A stretch of DNA of 64,000 nt, taken from positions 288,001-352,000 of the forward strand of contig JBEPYN010000001.1 of the NCBI GenBank assembly GCA_041641305.1. The letters run 5' to 3'. This DNA comes from Nitrososphaerota archaeon (lineage in GTDB: Archaea > Thermoproteota > Nitrososphaeria_A > Caldarchaeales > Caldarchaeaceae). The notes under the pieces are model-generated. The model had not been told where the DNA came from. It ran no database searches and saw only the letters and a program-made list of their open reading frames with translations. Below are positions 55,841 through 64,000 of the stretch, in pieces. Both the position numbers and the translations under genes were made by a program. Each line of letters starts with the position of its first letter. Within the stretch, counting starts at the first letter, position 1.

Positions 55841-57152
55841 AGCGTGTAATATGTTCGGCGAGGCTTCGCGGGTTCTCGAGGACGGGGAGCTCGGCGGAGC
55901 GAAGTAGATAGCTTGCAGACGCCATGGAGAGAAGCGGGTCCGCCCCGGATGAGATGAACCATGCGACCAGAGCCGCTGCGTAAGCGAAGTGGCTCTGTTT
56001 GACCGGCCTGCCAAGCCAGTTGGCTAGAGATTTTACACCGTTAGATATCATGTCCACTTCGCCGACGACATACACCGGAGCAGCAAGCTTTCTGCACAGC
56101 TCCTCCACATCCTTCAGATAATCTCCGTGTTTTTCCCTGAAATCTTGCAGCATCGGCTTATCGCTCCACAGGACGTATATGGGGTTTATCAGATAGCCAG
56201 CGGGTGCGGTGAGGACGATGGGCTGGCTTCGCGGGAGAAATGGCTTGATGCTCGATGGGTTTACATCGGGTGATAGGAGGACTGCGCGGGAAGACGCGAC
56301 CGCGTACCTGAGCTCAGGGTTCTCAACCAGCATGTTTAGGTCGCAGAAGGCTGTGAAGCCTTTCAACCCCGTGAGAAAATCCCGGACAAAATCAACCGGG
56401 CCCCTCTCGCCAAAAACATATGCAAGCCGAGCCGAAGAAAGCTTGCCCAAGCCAATCCTTCTCAGCAAAAGCTTCAGCTGCCCAGGGCCCGCGAGAAACG
56501 CGGCCTCAGAAGGCATCCCTATCGGCTCAACAACAGTTTTTTCCAGAAACTTCTGATGTGCAGGCTTTTTCATGTGAAGAGCTACGATTATGTCTGGCTC
56601 GAAGTATGTTTCGCCCTCGCCTGTGTCTGTGTCGAGGCCGGTTGGTAGGTCGACGGCGAGCTTGGTGCAGTTTACGGTGTTGGCGAGTTTTATCGCTGTT
56701 TTGTAGAGGTCGGGGAGCCCTGGCTTCGCACCCGTCCCCAGCACAGCGTCTACGACGGCGTCAACCTCCTCAAACACGTTAGCAAGATCGAGAAGCTTCT
56801 CAACAGTGCCTACGGTAAACAGCCTTATAGAAGCCCTCATGTTCTGAACAGCCTCAAAATTTACACGCGCCTCAACAGTCTTTATCTTCTCCGGGTCGGC
56901 GAGAAGAAACACGGTTACGTCGGCGCCCATACAGGCAAGGTGCCGTGCCGCTGCAAATCCGTCTCCCCCGTTGTTCCCAGGCCCACATAAAATGAGCACC
57001 TTTTTTCCAGCGGCTTGGCCCAGTCGAGAGACAAGGCGGCGAGCTACAGCCGCGCCCGCGTTCTCCATCAGCATAAGCCTCGAAACACCCATGTAGCCAG
57101 AGTTCTCATCCCAAACCATCATATCCTCCGATGAAACAACGTCGGAAACCAA
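55821..57152 (-). CDS. nnrE: NAD(P)H-hydrate epimerase (YjeF_N) with degenerate C-terminal NnrD-like domain
   Basis: LMENAG, GPGNNGGDG, DAVLGTG, AVDLPTG. Confidence 0.8.
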   Translation of the reverse strand: MVSDVVSSEDMMVWDENSGYMGVSRLMLMENAGAAVARRLVSRLGQAAGKKVLILCGPGNNGGDGFAAARHLACMGADVTVFLLADPEKIKTVEARVNFEAVQNMRASIRLFTVGTVEKLLDLANVFEEVDAVVDAVLGTGAKPGLPDLYKTAIKLANTVNCTKLAVDLPTGLDTDTGEGETYFEPDIIVALHMKKPAHQKFLEKTVVEPIGMPSEAAFLAGPGQLKLLLRRIGLGKLSSARLAYVFGERGPVDFVRDFLTGLKGFTAFCDLNMLVENPELRYAVASSRAVLLSPDVNPSSIKPFLPRSQPIVLTAPAGYLINPIYVLWSDKPMLQDFREKHGDYLKDVEELCRKLAAPVYVVGEVDMISNGVKSLANWLGRPVKQSHFAYAAALVAWFISSGADPLLSMASASYLLRSAELPVLENPRSLAEHITRSIERLA

Positions 57153-57288
57153 TCCAACCCCATCCCCGCCCCCTGTTTATATAAACGTTAAACAACAGCC
57201 AATACCCACGTATCGCCGCAACCTTACCCAGCAAATCCACGGATACCTATTCAAACACATATATACATCCAAAATAGGCTGTAGATTT

Positions 57289-58578
57289 GTGAAAAGAAGT
57301 TTAGTCAAAGCTGTATCGAGAACGGTGACGATTGTTGTAGTTGCGGTGGTTGTCATAGCGGCGGTCGTGGGCATCAGCGTTTTCACCAGAGTTCTGCCTC
57401 TTATGCAGCCTACCTCCAGCGTTTCAGAGATAAAAGTGGGATTAGTTGAGCCTCTCAGCGGTAACTACGCCGTCTTCGGCAACGAGGCCCGCATGGCTGC
57501 GGAGTTAGTGATTGAAGAAATTAATAGCAAAGGCGGTATAGCCAGCTTGGGCGGCGCCAAGCTCAAGCTATTTGTCGAGGACAGCAAAAGCACCGCCGAC
57601 GGCGCGAGACTCGCGGCTGAAAAGCTCGTCAACGTAGACAAGGTTCACGTGATTATCGGGGCGTTCATCAGCTCCCATACACTCACGATGCTCGACGTCA
57701 CAGAGCCGAAGAAAGTGGTGGTTATGGCGGACGCTCTCGTCGATTACCTCACCGCACGCGGCTTCAAATACATCGTCAGGCTGCCACCCAAGGCATCCGC
57801 CCACGGAGCAACAGCCGTAGACTTCGCCATCGGAGTCTTCCAGCAAAACGGTATGAAAATTCAGCGGCCAGTCATAGTGCATTTTGACGGGTTGTTCGGG
57901 GAGGTTACAGCAGACGGTGTATACACAAGACTCCGAGACCTCGGCATAAGACCTGTTGACCGTATAAAGTATCCCACCGACATAACAGATATGTCTCCCA
58001 TAATTGAGAGGATTAGGCAGGCGAACCCCGATGTTGTCTTTGTGGTTCCATACTATGCAGACTCGGTTTTGTTCGCTAAAGCTGTTGCATCGCTTGGCCT
58101 GAAGGTTCCGCTTATAGTTGGTGCTGGTGGAACAGGGTTAGCCGACCCCGACTCAATTAAGGCTTCTGGAGAAGCTTCAGAGTTGATGACAAACACTTAC
58201 AGCTACGACCCGTTCCTGCCCACAAACTACAACAAACAGCTGGTTCAGGCTTTCCAGAACCGCTACGGTAAGCTTCCCACTGAGGCCGCCGGCATAATTT
58301 TCTACACCCTCTGGACTCTCAAGGAAGCGTTGGAGGTCAGTGGCAAAAACTATCCAGATGACCCACTTTCCGGCGATAACCTGATGAAGGCCTTCATGTC
58401 ATTAGACCTGACAAGCGGCCCCGCGGCGGAAACTTACCCATCGGGTCATATCAGGCTGGCACCCAACGGCGACAACCTATACGCCCAAGCAGTTGTTCTA
58501 CAGGTTCAGGGAGGCAAGCCGGTCCTCGTCTACCCATTCGACAAAGCACAGGCGAAACCGGTCTTCCCAAGACCTTAA
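57289..58578 (+). CDS. Branched-chain amino acid-type ABC substrate-binding protein
   Basis: KVGLVEPLSG.YA..G, INSKGGI..LGGAKL.L..EDS; N-terminal anchor. Confidence 0.88.
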   Translation: MKRSLVKAVSRTVTIVVVAVVVIAAVVGISVFTRVLPLMQPTSSVSEIKVGLVEPLSGNYAVFGNEARMAAELVIEEINSKGGIASLGGAKLKLFVEDSKSTADGARLAAEKLVNVDKVHVIIGAFISSHTLTMLDVTEPKKVVVMADALVDYLTARGFKYIVRLPPKASAHGATAVDFAIGVFQQNGMKIQRPVIVHFDGLFGEVTADGVYTRLRDLGIRPVDRIKYPTDITDMSPIIERIRQANPDVVFVVPYYADSVLFAKAVASLGLKVPLIVGAGGTGLADPDSIKASGEASELMTNTYSYDPFLPTNYNKQLVQAFQNRYGKLPTEAAGIIFYTLWTLKEALEVSGKNYPDDPLSGDNLMKAFMSLDLTSGPAAETYPSGHIRLAPNGDNLYAQAVVLQVQGGKPVLVYPFDKAQAKPVFPRP

Positions 58579-58614
58579 ACCCCACTCTTTTTTTATCTAC
58601 ATGGGTGATTTGTC

Positions 58615-59493
58615 GTGATAGGTGCAGATTTCGGTGTCCAGCTCCTCCAAACTGTTTTGTTCGGTGTTATGTTGGGTGGTGTTTATGCTCTTGCCGCCAT
58701 GGGGTTGGCGCTTCTCTTCGGCGTCGCTAACCTCATCAACTTCGCCCACGGCGAATACATCATGCTCGCCATGTACATGGCATTTGTCTTCAGCGTCACG
58801 ATTTTCCAGGACCCTGTGCTCACACCCATTTTCAACATCCCACTCTTCTTCGGTATAGGTGTCCTAACATATCTCGGCATATTTAAGAGGCTTATCAACG
58901 CTCCTCCTCTTTCACAGATAGCTGCAACAGTCGGCATATTGGTGCTGCTTAGAAACCTCGCCCTCACGATTTGGGCTGCCGAGCCGAAGGCACCGCCCTA
59001 CACCGTTTTCGCGACATCGCTCAACATAGGGCCCATCGTTGTGCCTCTCGACAAGCTCCTCGCCATGGCGGTGAGCTTCGTAACCCTGTTTCTCCTCAAC
59101 ATGTTCCTGGAGAGGACCAGGCTCGGTGTTGCGATGAAGGCCTCCGCAGACGATGTGGAGGCGGTGTCGCTCATGGGCGTAGACACCAACCGCCTCTTCC
59201 TCCTTACAACAGGGATAAGCCTAGCCCTCGTAGGCCTCTCCGGCTCATTGATAATGACCTATCAAGCGGTTACACCAACCTCTGGACTGCTCTTCGGACT
59301 TCTAACATGGGCCATAGTCGCGTTGGCAGGTCTCGGAACGGTGAAAGGCGTCCTCATAGCCTCAATCATCTTCGGCTTAGCCGATGCATTGGCTTCGGGA
59401 CTTTGGGATCCACGTGGTAGAGAAATAGTCCTATACAGCCTCTTCATACTGATTCTCTGGGTTAAGCCCAAGGGTTTGTTCGGGAGGAGATAA
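58615..59493 (+). CDS. livH: Branched-chain amino acid ABC permease
   Basis: GLALLFGV..LINFAHG, TRLG.AMKA. Confidence 0.88.
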   Translation: MIGADFGVQLLQTVLFGVMLGGVYALAAMGLALLFGVANLINFAHGEYIMLAMYMAFVFSVTIFQDPVLTPIFNIPLFFGIGVLTYLGIFKRLINAPPLSQIAATVGILVLLRNLALTIWAAEPKAPPYTVFATSLNIGPIVVPLDKLLAMAVSFVTLFLLNMFLERTRLGVAMKASADDVEAVSLMGVDTNRLFLLTTGISLALVGLSGSLIMTYQAVTPTSGLLFGLLTWAIVALAGLGTVKGVLIASIIFGLADALASGLWDPRGREIVLYSLFILILWVKPKGLFGRR

Positions 59494-59496
59494 TCC

Positions 59497-60462
59497 GTGA
59501 ACCGATATATTTTGCTGGGTGCGGCAATAGCGTTGGCTGCAGCGCCTTTTCTCGTCGGACTCAACGAATACTATCTCTTCCTCGTAACCCTGATACTCTT
59601 GTACACAACTATCGTGGTGGCTTGGCAGCTTATCGGAGGCTATGGCGGCCAGCTTGACCTCGGCGCCGGAGCCTATCATGGACTCGGGGCTGTGATAACA
59701 GGTTTCCTGATGGTAAACTATGGAATATCGGGATGGGTTGGGCTCGTTGTCAGCGGAGCAGCCGCGGCGGGTGTCGCTTTCCTAATCGGATACCCAAGCT
59801 TCAGGCTGGGGCTGAAGGAGGTTTGGTACGCCCTTTCCTCCCTCGCCCTCGTACTCATACTTCAGAAAATTTTCCTCCTATGGACAGATGTCGCAGGCCC
59901 CCTCGAACGCTACATACCATACGCCGAATTCGACCCAGTCTTCATGCGAGCGGGGACAAAAATCTTCTACTACTATATCGCCGCAGCTCTTCTCGCGGTC
60001 ACCTTCTACATCGTCGCGCGGATACGCCGGAGCAAAACAGGCCTCTACCTCATAAGCATCAGGGAGAACGAGGAGGCTGCTGAGATGCTCGGCGTCGACG
60101 TAAGACGCTACAAGCTACAGGCCCTCATGATATACAGCTTCATAGCGGCGGTGACAGGCGGGATCTATGCAAGCATGGTTGGCTTCTACCATCCAACACT
60201 CTTCGACAGCTGGATAAGCATCCAGACAGCGACCCTTGCAATAGTAGGAGGGCTCGGCCACCTTCTCGGGCCACCAATAGTCTCGATAATCCTGCTCACT
60301 GTCCAGGAATATCTGAGAATCACCCTCGGCGCGGTGGTCATCGGCCTCCACCAAGTCATCTTCGGCATAATCCTCGTAATCATCATTATGTTTAAGCCGG
60401 ATGGGCTTGGGCCTGTGATTGACTCTTTGGCTAAGCGGTTGACAAGCTCGGTGAGTAGGTGA
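59497..60462 (+). CDS. livM: Branched-chain amino acid ABC permease
   Basis: GYGGQL, IRENEEAA..LGVD, VGGLG...GP, P.GL. Confidence 0.88.
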   Translation: MNRYILLGAAIALAAAPFLVGLNEYYLFLVTLILLYTTIVVAWQLIGGYGGQLDLGAGAYHGLGAVITGFLMVNYGISGWVGLVVSGAAAAGVAFLIGYPSFRLGLKEVWYALSSLALVLILQKIFLLWTDVAGPLERYIPYAEFDPVFMRAGTKIFYYYIAAALLAVTFYIVARIRRSKTGLYLISIRENEEAAEMLGVDVRRYKLQALMIYSFIAAVTGGIYASMVGFYHPTLFDSWISIQTATLAIVGGLGHLLGPPIVSIILLTVQEYLRITLGAVVIGLHQVIFGIILVIIIMFKPDGLGPVIDSLAKRLTSSVSR

Positions 60463-61193
60463 TGAGCTTGGATGCCTTGGTTCTTGAGGGGGTTTCCAAA
60501 AACTTTGGAGCACTCGCGGCCTTGAACAACGTCAACATGCGTATCCGAGTCGGTGAGATAGTGGGCTTGATCGGCCCAAACGGCGCCGGAAAAACAACGC
60601 TCTTCAACGTCGTCACAGGCTTCATCAAACCCGACAGAGGAAGGGTGAAACTTTTCGGAGAAGATGTCACAGGTCTTCAGCCTCACCAAATAGCTGCAAG
60701 AGGCGTGGGACGCACCTTCCAGATCGTTAAACCATTTCTAGGCATGACCGTCTACGAAACAGTTCTCGTCGGAGCATATCTTAGAGAGAAAGACGCTGAG
60801 AAAGCCATGCAGAGAGCCGAGGAATCCATGAAGCTTACGGGGGTTTATCATCTGAGGGATAGGTATGCGCGGGAGCTGAACACTCCCCAGCTGAAGCTTG
60901 TGGAGCTGGCGCGGAACCTCGCAACGCAGCCGAAGCTTCTGATGCTTGACGAGATAGTCGCCGGTTTGACGCCGGCGGAGGTTGACACCATGACCGCGCT
61001 TGTGAAAAGGATACGGGATGAGAGAGGTGTCACGGTTCTGCTGGTGGAGCATGTGATGAGGTTTGTCATGAACATCTCGGACAGGGTTGTGGTGCTGAAC
61101 TACGGTGAAGTAATCGCGGAAGGCACACCCGCCGAGGTGAGCAGCAACCTCAAGGTCATCGAAGCCTATCTCGGAGGAAAAACCGGTGCATAA
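60459..61193 (+). CDS. livG: Branched-chain amino acid ABC ATPase
   Basis: GPNGAGKTT, RTFQ, VEHVM, VIEAYLG. Confidence 0.9.
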   Translation: MMSLDALVLEGVSKNFGALAALNNVNMRIRVGEIVGLIGPNGAGKTTLFNVVTGFIKPDRGRVKLFGEDVTGLQPHQIAARGVGRTFQIVKPFLGMTVYETVLVGAYLREKDAEKAMQRAEESMKLTGVYHLRDRYARELNTPQLKLVELARNLATQPKLLMLDEIVAGLTPAEVDTMTALVKRIRDERGVTVLLVEHVMRFVMNISDRVVVLNYGEVIAEGTPAEVSSNLKVIEAYLGGKTGA

Positions 61194-61917
61194 ACAGGTG
61201 ACTATGATGACGCTTCTCGAGACAAAAGTGTTAAACGCCGGCTACGGTCCTCTCCAAATTCTCTGGAACATAGACCTCAGGGTTGAGGAGAGGTCGGTCA
61301 CAGCCTTGATAGGGGCGAACGGCGCCGGCAAAACAACTTTGATAAAGGTTTTGACAGGTTTGCTCAAACCCTACAGCGGAAAAGTATTCTTCAAGGGCGT
61401 GGATGTCACCGGGTATCCCGCTCATCGGATGAAGCAGATGGGGATGTCGCTTGTTCCGGAGGGGCGGAGGCTTTTTCCCAACCTCACGGTGTGGGACAAC
61501 CTTCTGATGGGTGCCTACATGCTTCGGCAGCGGGAGGATTTTGAGAAGCGGCTTGAGTTTGTTTTTGAGCTTTTCCCTGTGTTGAGGGAGAGAAAGAACC
61601 AGCCTGCGCGTCTGCTCAGCGGCGGAGAAGCTCAGATGCTAGCCATAGCAAGGGCCCTCATAGCACCCGCCGACCTGCTTATCGTCGACGAACCAAGCAG
61701 CGGCCTCGCGCCCAAGCTCGTCGACCTAATCTTCAAAAAACTCGAGGAACTCCGCGAAAGAGGGTTAACCATCCTCGTCGTAGACCAGTTCGTCGAAAGA
61801 GCCCTCTCCATAAGCGACACAGCCTACGTCATGGAAAACGGCAAAATAGCCATACAGGGCCCCAGCACAGAAGTCGCCAACAACGAACACCTCAAAAAAA
61901 CATACCTCGGCCTATGA
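61186..61917 (+). CDS. livF: Branched-chain amino acid ABC ATPase
   Basis: GANGAGKTT, VPEGRRLF, LSGGEAQML, DEPSSGLAP. Confidence 0.9.
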   Translation: MHKQVTMMTLLETKVLNAGYGPLQILWNIDLRVEERSVTALIGANGAGKTTLIKVLTGLLKPYSGKVFFKGVDVTGYPAHRMKQMGMSLVPEGRRLFPNLTVWDNLLMGAYMLRQREDFEKRLEFVFELFPVLRERKNQPARLLSGGEAQMLAIARALIAPADLLIVDEPSSGLAPKLVDLIFKKLEELRERGLTILVVDQFVERALSISDTAYVMENGKIAIQGPSTEVANNEHLKKTYLGL

Positions 61918-61918
61918 A

Positions 61919-61993
61919 TGGGCCCGGTGGGATTCGAACCCACGGCCACCAGGTTATGAGCCTGGCGCTCTAACCTGGCTGAGCTACGGGCCC
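61919..61993 (-). tRNA. tRNA with CAU anticodon, most likely tRNA-Ile2 (agmatidine-modified) rather than Met
   Basis: GGGCCCG/CGGGCCC-A acceptor stem; anticodon arm CCAGG-CT-CAT-AA-CCTGG; T arm GTGGG-TTCGAAT-CCCAC; no intron, no encoded CCA; lacks the initiator A1-U72 pair and GGG/CCC anticodon stem. Confidence 0.92.
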
Positions 61994-62021
61994 GGTCCGC
62001 CTTTTTTCGATGTTTTCGGGA

Positions 62022-62029
62022 TTATATAA
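62022..62029 (-). promoter_or_regulatory. TATA box for the tRNA gene
   Basis: TTATATAA about 30 nt upstream of the mature 5' end, preceded by an A-rich BRE-like run. Confidence 0.5.
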
Positions 62030-62030
62030 C

Positions 62031-62327
62031 TCATTTTTCGAGGAAGTGGTTGATGGTTGTGTATCGGCTGTCTATTTGCATGGTTTTTCGGAGGGTTTCC
62101 TCGAGCTGTCGGAGCCTCCCCTCGTGTGAGAGGAGAAGTGACATGGTGAAGGTGTCGAAGGTTCTGCGGAGGGGGTTCATGGTCCCCGCGTGGACGTAGC
62201 GGAATGCCTGGTTAACCAAGTTGTCGAAAGCTTCTCGCTCCTCTCTGCGGAGGGCTTCTCTGAAGCTTGACCATCCACGCACCTCTTCCTCGAGAAGCTG
62301 GCGATAGGTTGCGGCGTTCCGCCCCAT
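62031..62327 (-). CDS. Small helical protein of the family usually encoded with archaeal PolB2 (arCOG07300-like)
   Basis: MGR..TYR......W..FR.ALR......FD.L pattern recalled from PolB2-operon small proteins. Confidence 0.55.
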   Translation of the reverse strand: MGRNAATYRQLLEEEVRGWSSFREALRREEREAFDNLVNQAFRYVHAGTMNPLRRTFDTFTMSLLLSHEGRLRQLEETLRKTMQIDSRYTTINHFLEK

Positions 62328-62384
62328 GCCACGTAAACTGTTTCAACGGCTGTTGATAAGTTGAGAGAGCTGTCCGAAAATGCG

Positions 62385-63704
62385 TCAACCCCTGTTTACG
62401 ACGAAGACGCTGTATCTGCTGCAGCTTTCCGATGAGACGGCCACACGCACGGCCGCCAGCCCATCCACTCTTGCCTCCCCGTGTCCACCCGGCTCAACCG
62501 TCAAAGTTTCATAGGTGAACCAGCTCCATTCCCAAGCCTTCCCCGTGTCCACGATTGGAGAACATGTGGCAAGCAGACGCAGCTTCAGCCTGCCGTTGCC
62601 ATGGTTGAGGACATGCAACACGGTTTCCCGCCACTCAAATGTCTCGATAGGCGGGTCGAGAAGCTCCTCATCACCAGCCGTTTCATGGTTCCAGGCCAGC
62701 AGCCACGACAGCGCTCCGCCGCGGGGAGGCTCAAGAAGCTCATAGACAGTGGAATAGTTGTCGCCGTCCCAGTCAATCAACCCCAAAAACCCGTTCGGAG
62801 TGAGGAAGACATGGGTTGTCTCAAACAGGCCCTGCGACGTGGGCCTGTAGAAGCATCTGCCGTCGATGAAGGAAAATGGCTTGGAGACACCCCATCTTGG
62901 TCTGCAGTCTTTGTCGACGGCCACGAATCCGCCGCCTGCTTCCTGGTTGAAGACGGTTAGGTTTCCGTCCAGCTCAGCCAGCCCCATCCTCACAGCCGCG
63001 TGAGGCTTCAGCGCCCAGGTACAGTTTCTCGACATGTCCTGTGGGGGACAGCTCCACACAACCTCGCCATCCTCTTCACGCAGCTCATACACACCGCGGA
63101 TGTCTTGGTTCACCGCGGCCAGCAGGTCTCCGCCAAAGCTGTTGCTATGCACCGAGCTCGGTGTTTTGCCGGGTATGCGGGATAGCTTAGCCAACCCTTT
63201 GCCAAGCTCTCTGCTCCAAATGATTTTTCCCTCACCGTCTATGCGCCGCAGCATCCCGTTACCATAATCGGTCGTCAACACGTGTTCATGGTCTTTTGTG
63301 GGCACGATGTCGTGGGCCCATTTTGCGTCGGGGAAGCCGATGCTCCATTTCACGGATTTGGTTTTTCGGTCTATGACGATGTAGCGGTTGTCAAGGTCTG
63401 CGCAGATGATGTCTCCGGGTTTGGCGTTTAAGCCGGGGAGATGCTCGGTGACGAGCCGGGCGATGTGGGGGTTTGACGTGAGCTGGGAACCGGTTACCCT
63501 GTGCTCCCAAATGATTTGCTTTTTCTCAGGATGGTAAATGAATGCTGAGCGACGGGTGTGGGGGTCGGCCATGACAACAACCATGTCTCCCGTCACGGGG
63601 TCGTAGACATATTCGGCGAAATGCGGGGTGTATCCTCTTTTACGGAAAAGTATCTGAGCCCTGCAGCCAGCGACCGCGGCCATGCCTATAGCGGGGTCCA
63701 CCAT
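62385..63704 (-). CDS. Beta-propeller (PQQ-like repeat) protein with C-terminal beta-sandwich
   Basis: Repeated blade ends KQIIWEH, KSVKWSI, GKIIWSR, GEVVWSC, RPRWGV. Confidence 0.6.
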   Translation of the reverse strand: MVDPAIGMAAVAGCRAQILFRKRGYTPHFAEYVYDPVTGDMVVVMADPHTRRSAFIYHPEKKQIIWEHRVTGSQLTSNPHIARLVTEHLPGLNAKPGDIICADLDNRYIVIDRKTKSVKWSIGFPDAKWAHDIVPTKDHEHVLTTDYGNGMLRRIDGEGKIIWSRELGKGLAKLSRIPGKTPSSVHSNSFGGDLLAAVNQDIRGVYELREEDGEVVWSCPPQDMSRNCTWALKPHAAVRMGLAELDGNLTVFNQEAGGGFVAVDKDCRPRWGVSKPFSFIDGRCFYRPTSQGLFETTHVFLTPNGFLGLIDWDGDNYSTVYELLEPPRGGALSWLLAWNHETAGDEELLDPPIETFEWRETVLHVLNHGNGRLKLRLLATCSPIVDTGKAWEWSWFTYETLTVEPGGHGEARVDGLAAVRVAVSSESCSRYSVFVVNRG

Positions 63705-63751
63705 CTCATAACCGTTTACGGATTTATGGAGGCATAGGGCCTCTGTTACGG

Positions 63752-64000
63752 TTGTCTCTGCAGAGGCGGCAGTTGTACAAGGAGCTTATCTCGACAGCTG
63801 TTAGCGAAGGGTTTCAACTGACGGAGAAAGCACTCCGCCGCCTCGAGGAATACAGCAACCCCTACCAAGCGCTCACCGCAACCATCGAGAGACTGAAGAA
63901 AACCAGGCCCGAGGCCGTGGTAATAGACGTCGACGACCTCCAGCAGCCTGTTGAAAAACCAGCCGAGCCAACCCCGCCGCCTCCACAAGAAAAACCCATA
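63752..64000 (+). CDS. 5' part of a gene running off the window; probably DNA polymerase D small subunit (DP1) N-terminus
   Basis: Open frame from TTG: MSLQRRQLYKELISTAVSEGFQLTEKALRRLEEY...VIDVDDL, then a Pro-rich linker; the GFQ..A..L helix resembles TACK DP1 N-termini. Confidence 0.5.
   Translation, partial: MSLQRRQLYKELISTAVSEGFQLTEKALRRLEEYSNPYQALTATIERLKKTRPEAVVIDVDDLQQPVEKPAEPTPPPPQEKPI

Noticed and set aside
57175-57186. Palindrome GTTTATATAAAC as an operator
   Set aside because: Adequately explained as the TATA box about 25-30 nt upstream of nnrE; TATA sequences are inherently near-palindromic
57153-61993. liv operon as an island integrated at the tRNA 3' end
   Set aside because: No duplicate of the tRNA 3' end found near 57150-57290 or elsewhere by eye, and no integrase in the window
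61919-61993. Initiator tRNA-Met
   Set aside because: G1-C72 rather than A1-U72, and no three consecutive G-C pairs at the base of the anticodon stem
63746-63988. 80-aa minus-strand ORF in the track
   Set aside because: The opposite-strand frame from 63752 is more protein-like and stays open to the window end
1-64000. CRISPR arrays, IS elements, rRNA genes
   Set aside because: No regularly spaced direct repeats, transposase-like ORFs or long non-coding stretches seen; intergenic gaps are all under about 300 bp

Overview
Gene-dense core-genome segment of a thermophilic TACK archaeon. The mix of an archaeal histone, CdvB/CdvC, RPA, a probable PolD small subunit and a crenarchaeal-type EndA loop suggests an Aigarchaeota/Caldarchaeales organism; this is inference, not a database match. 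About 60 CDS and one tRNA (CAU anticodon, probably Ile2) are present. I found no CRISPR array, IS element or integrase. Recognisable modules are asparagine synthetase plus a GltB-like flavoprotein, glmS, rhodanese, ETF/FixABCX, glycine cleavage T/P1/P2, pstSCAB-phoU, aroC, thermosome, Lhr, sufD, glyA, serS and a liv-type ABC transporter. The two strongest candidates for an undescribed system are: (1) a three-gene operon (40135-43208) encoding a short, apparently hinge-less and hook-less Smc5/6-like ATPase, a kleisin and an Nse1/Nse3-like KITE protein, head-to-head with cdvC and near cdvB, a CdvA-like protein and a variant histone; (2) an LbpA-type H-protein domain lacking its lipoyl lysine, fused to TusA and translationally coupled to a rhodanese downstream of etf/fixABCX (8099-13663), which looks like a lipoate-independent sulfur relay. 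All assignments come from motif recognition by eye; no searches were run.
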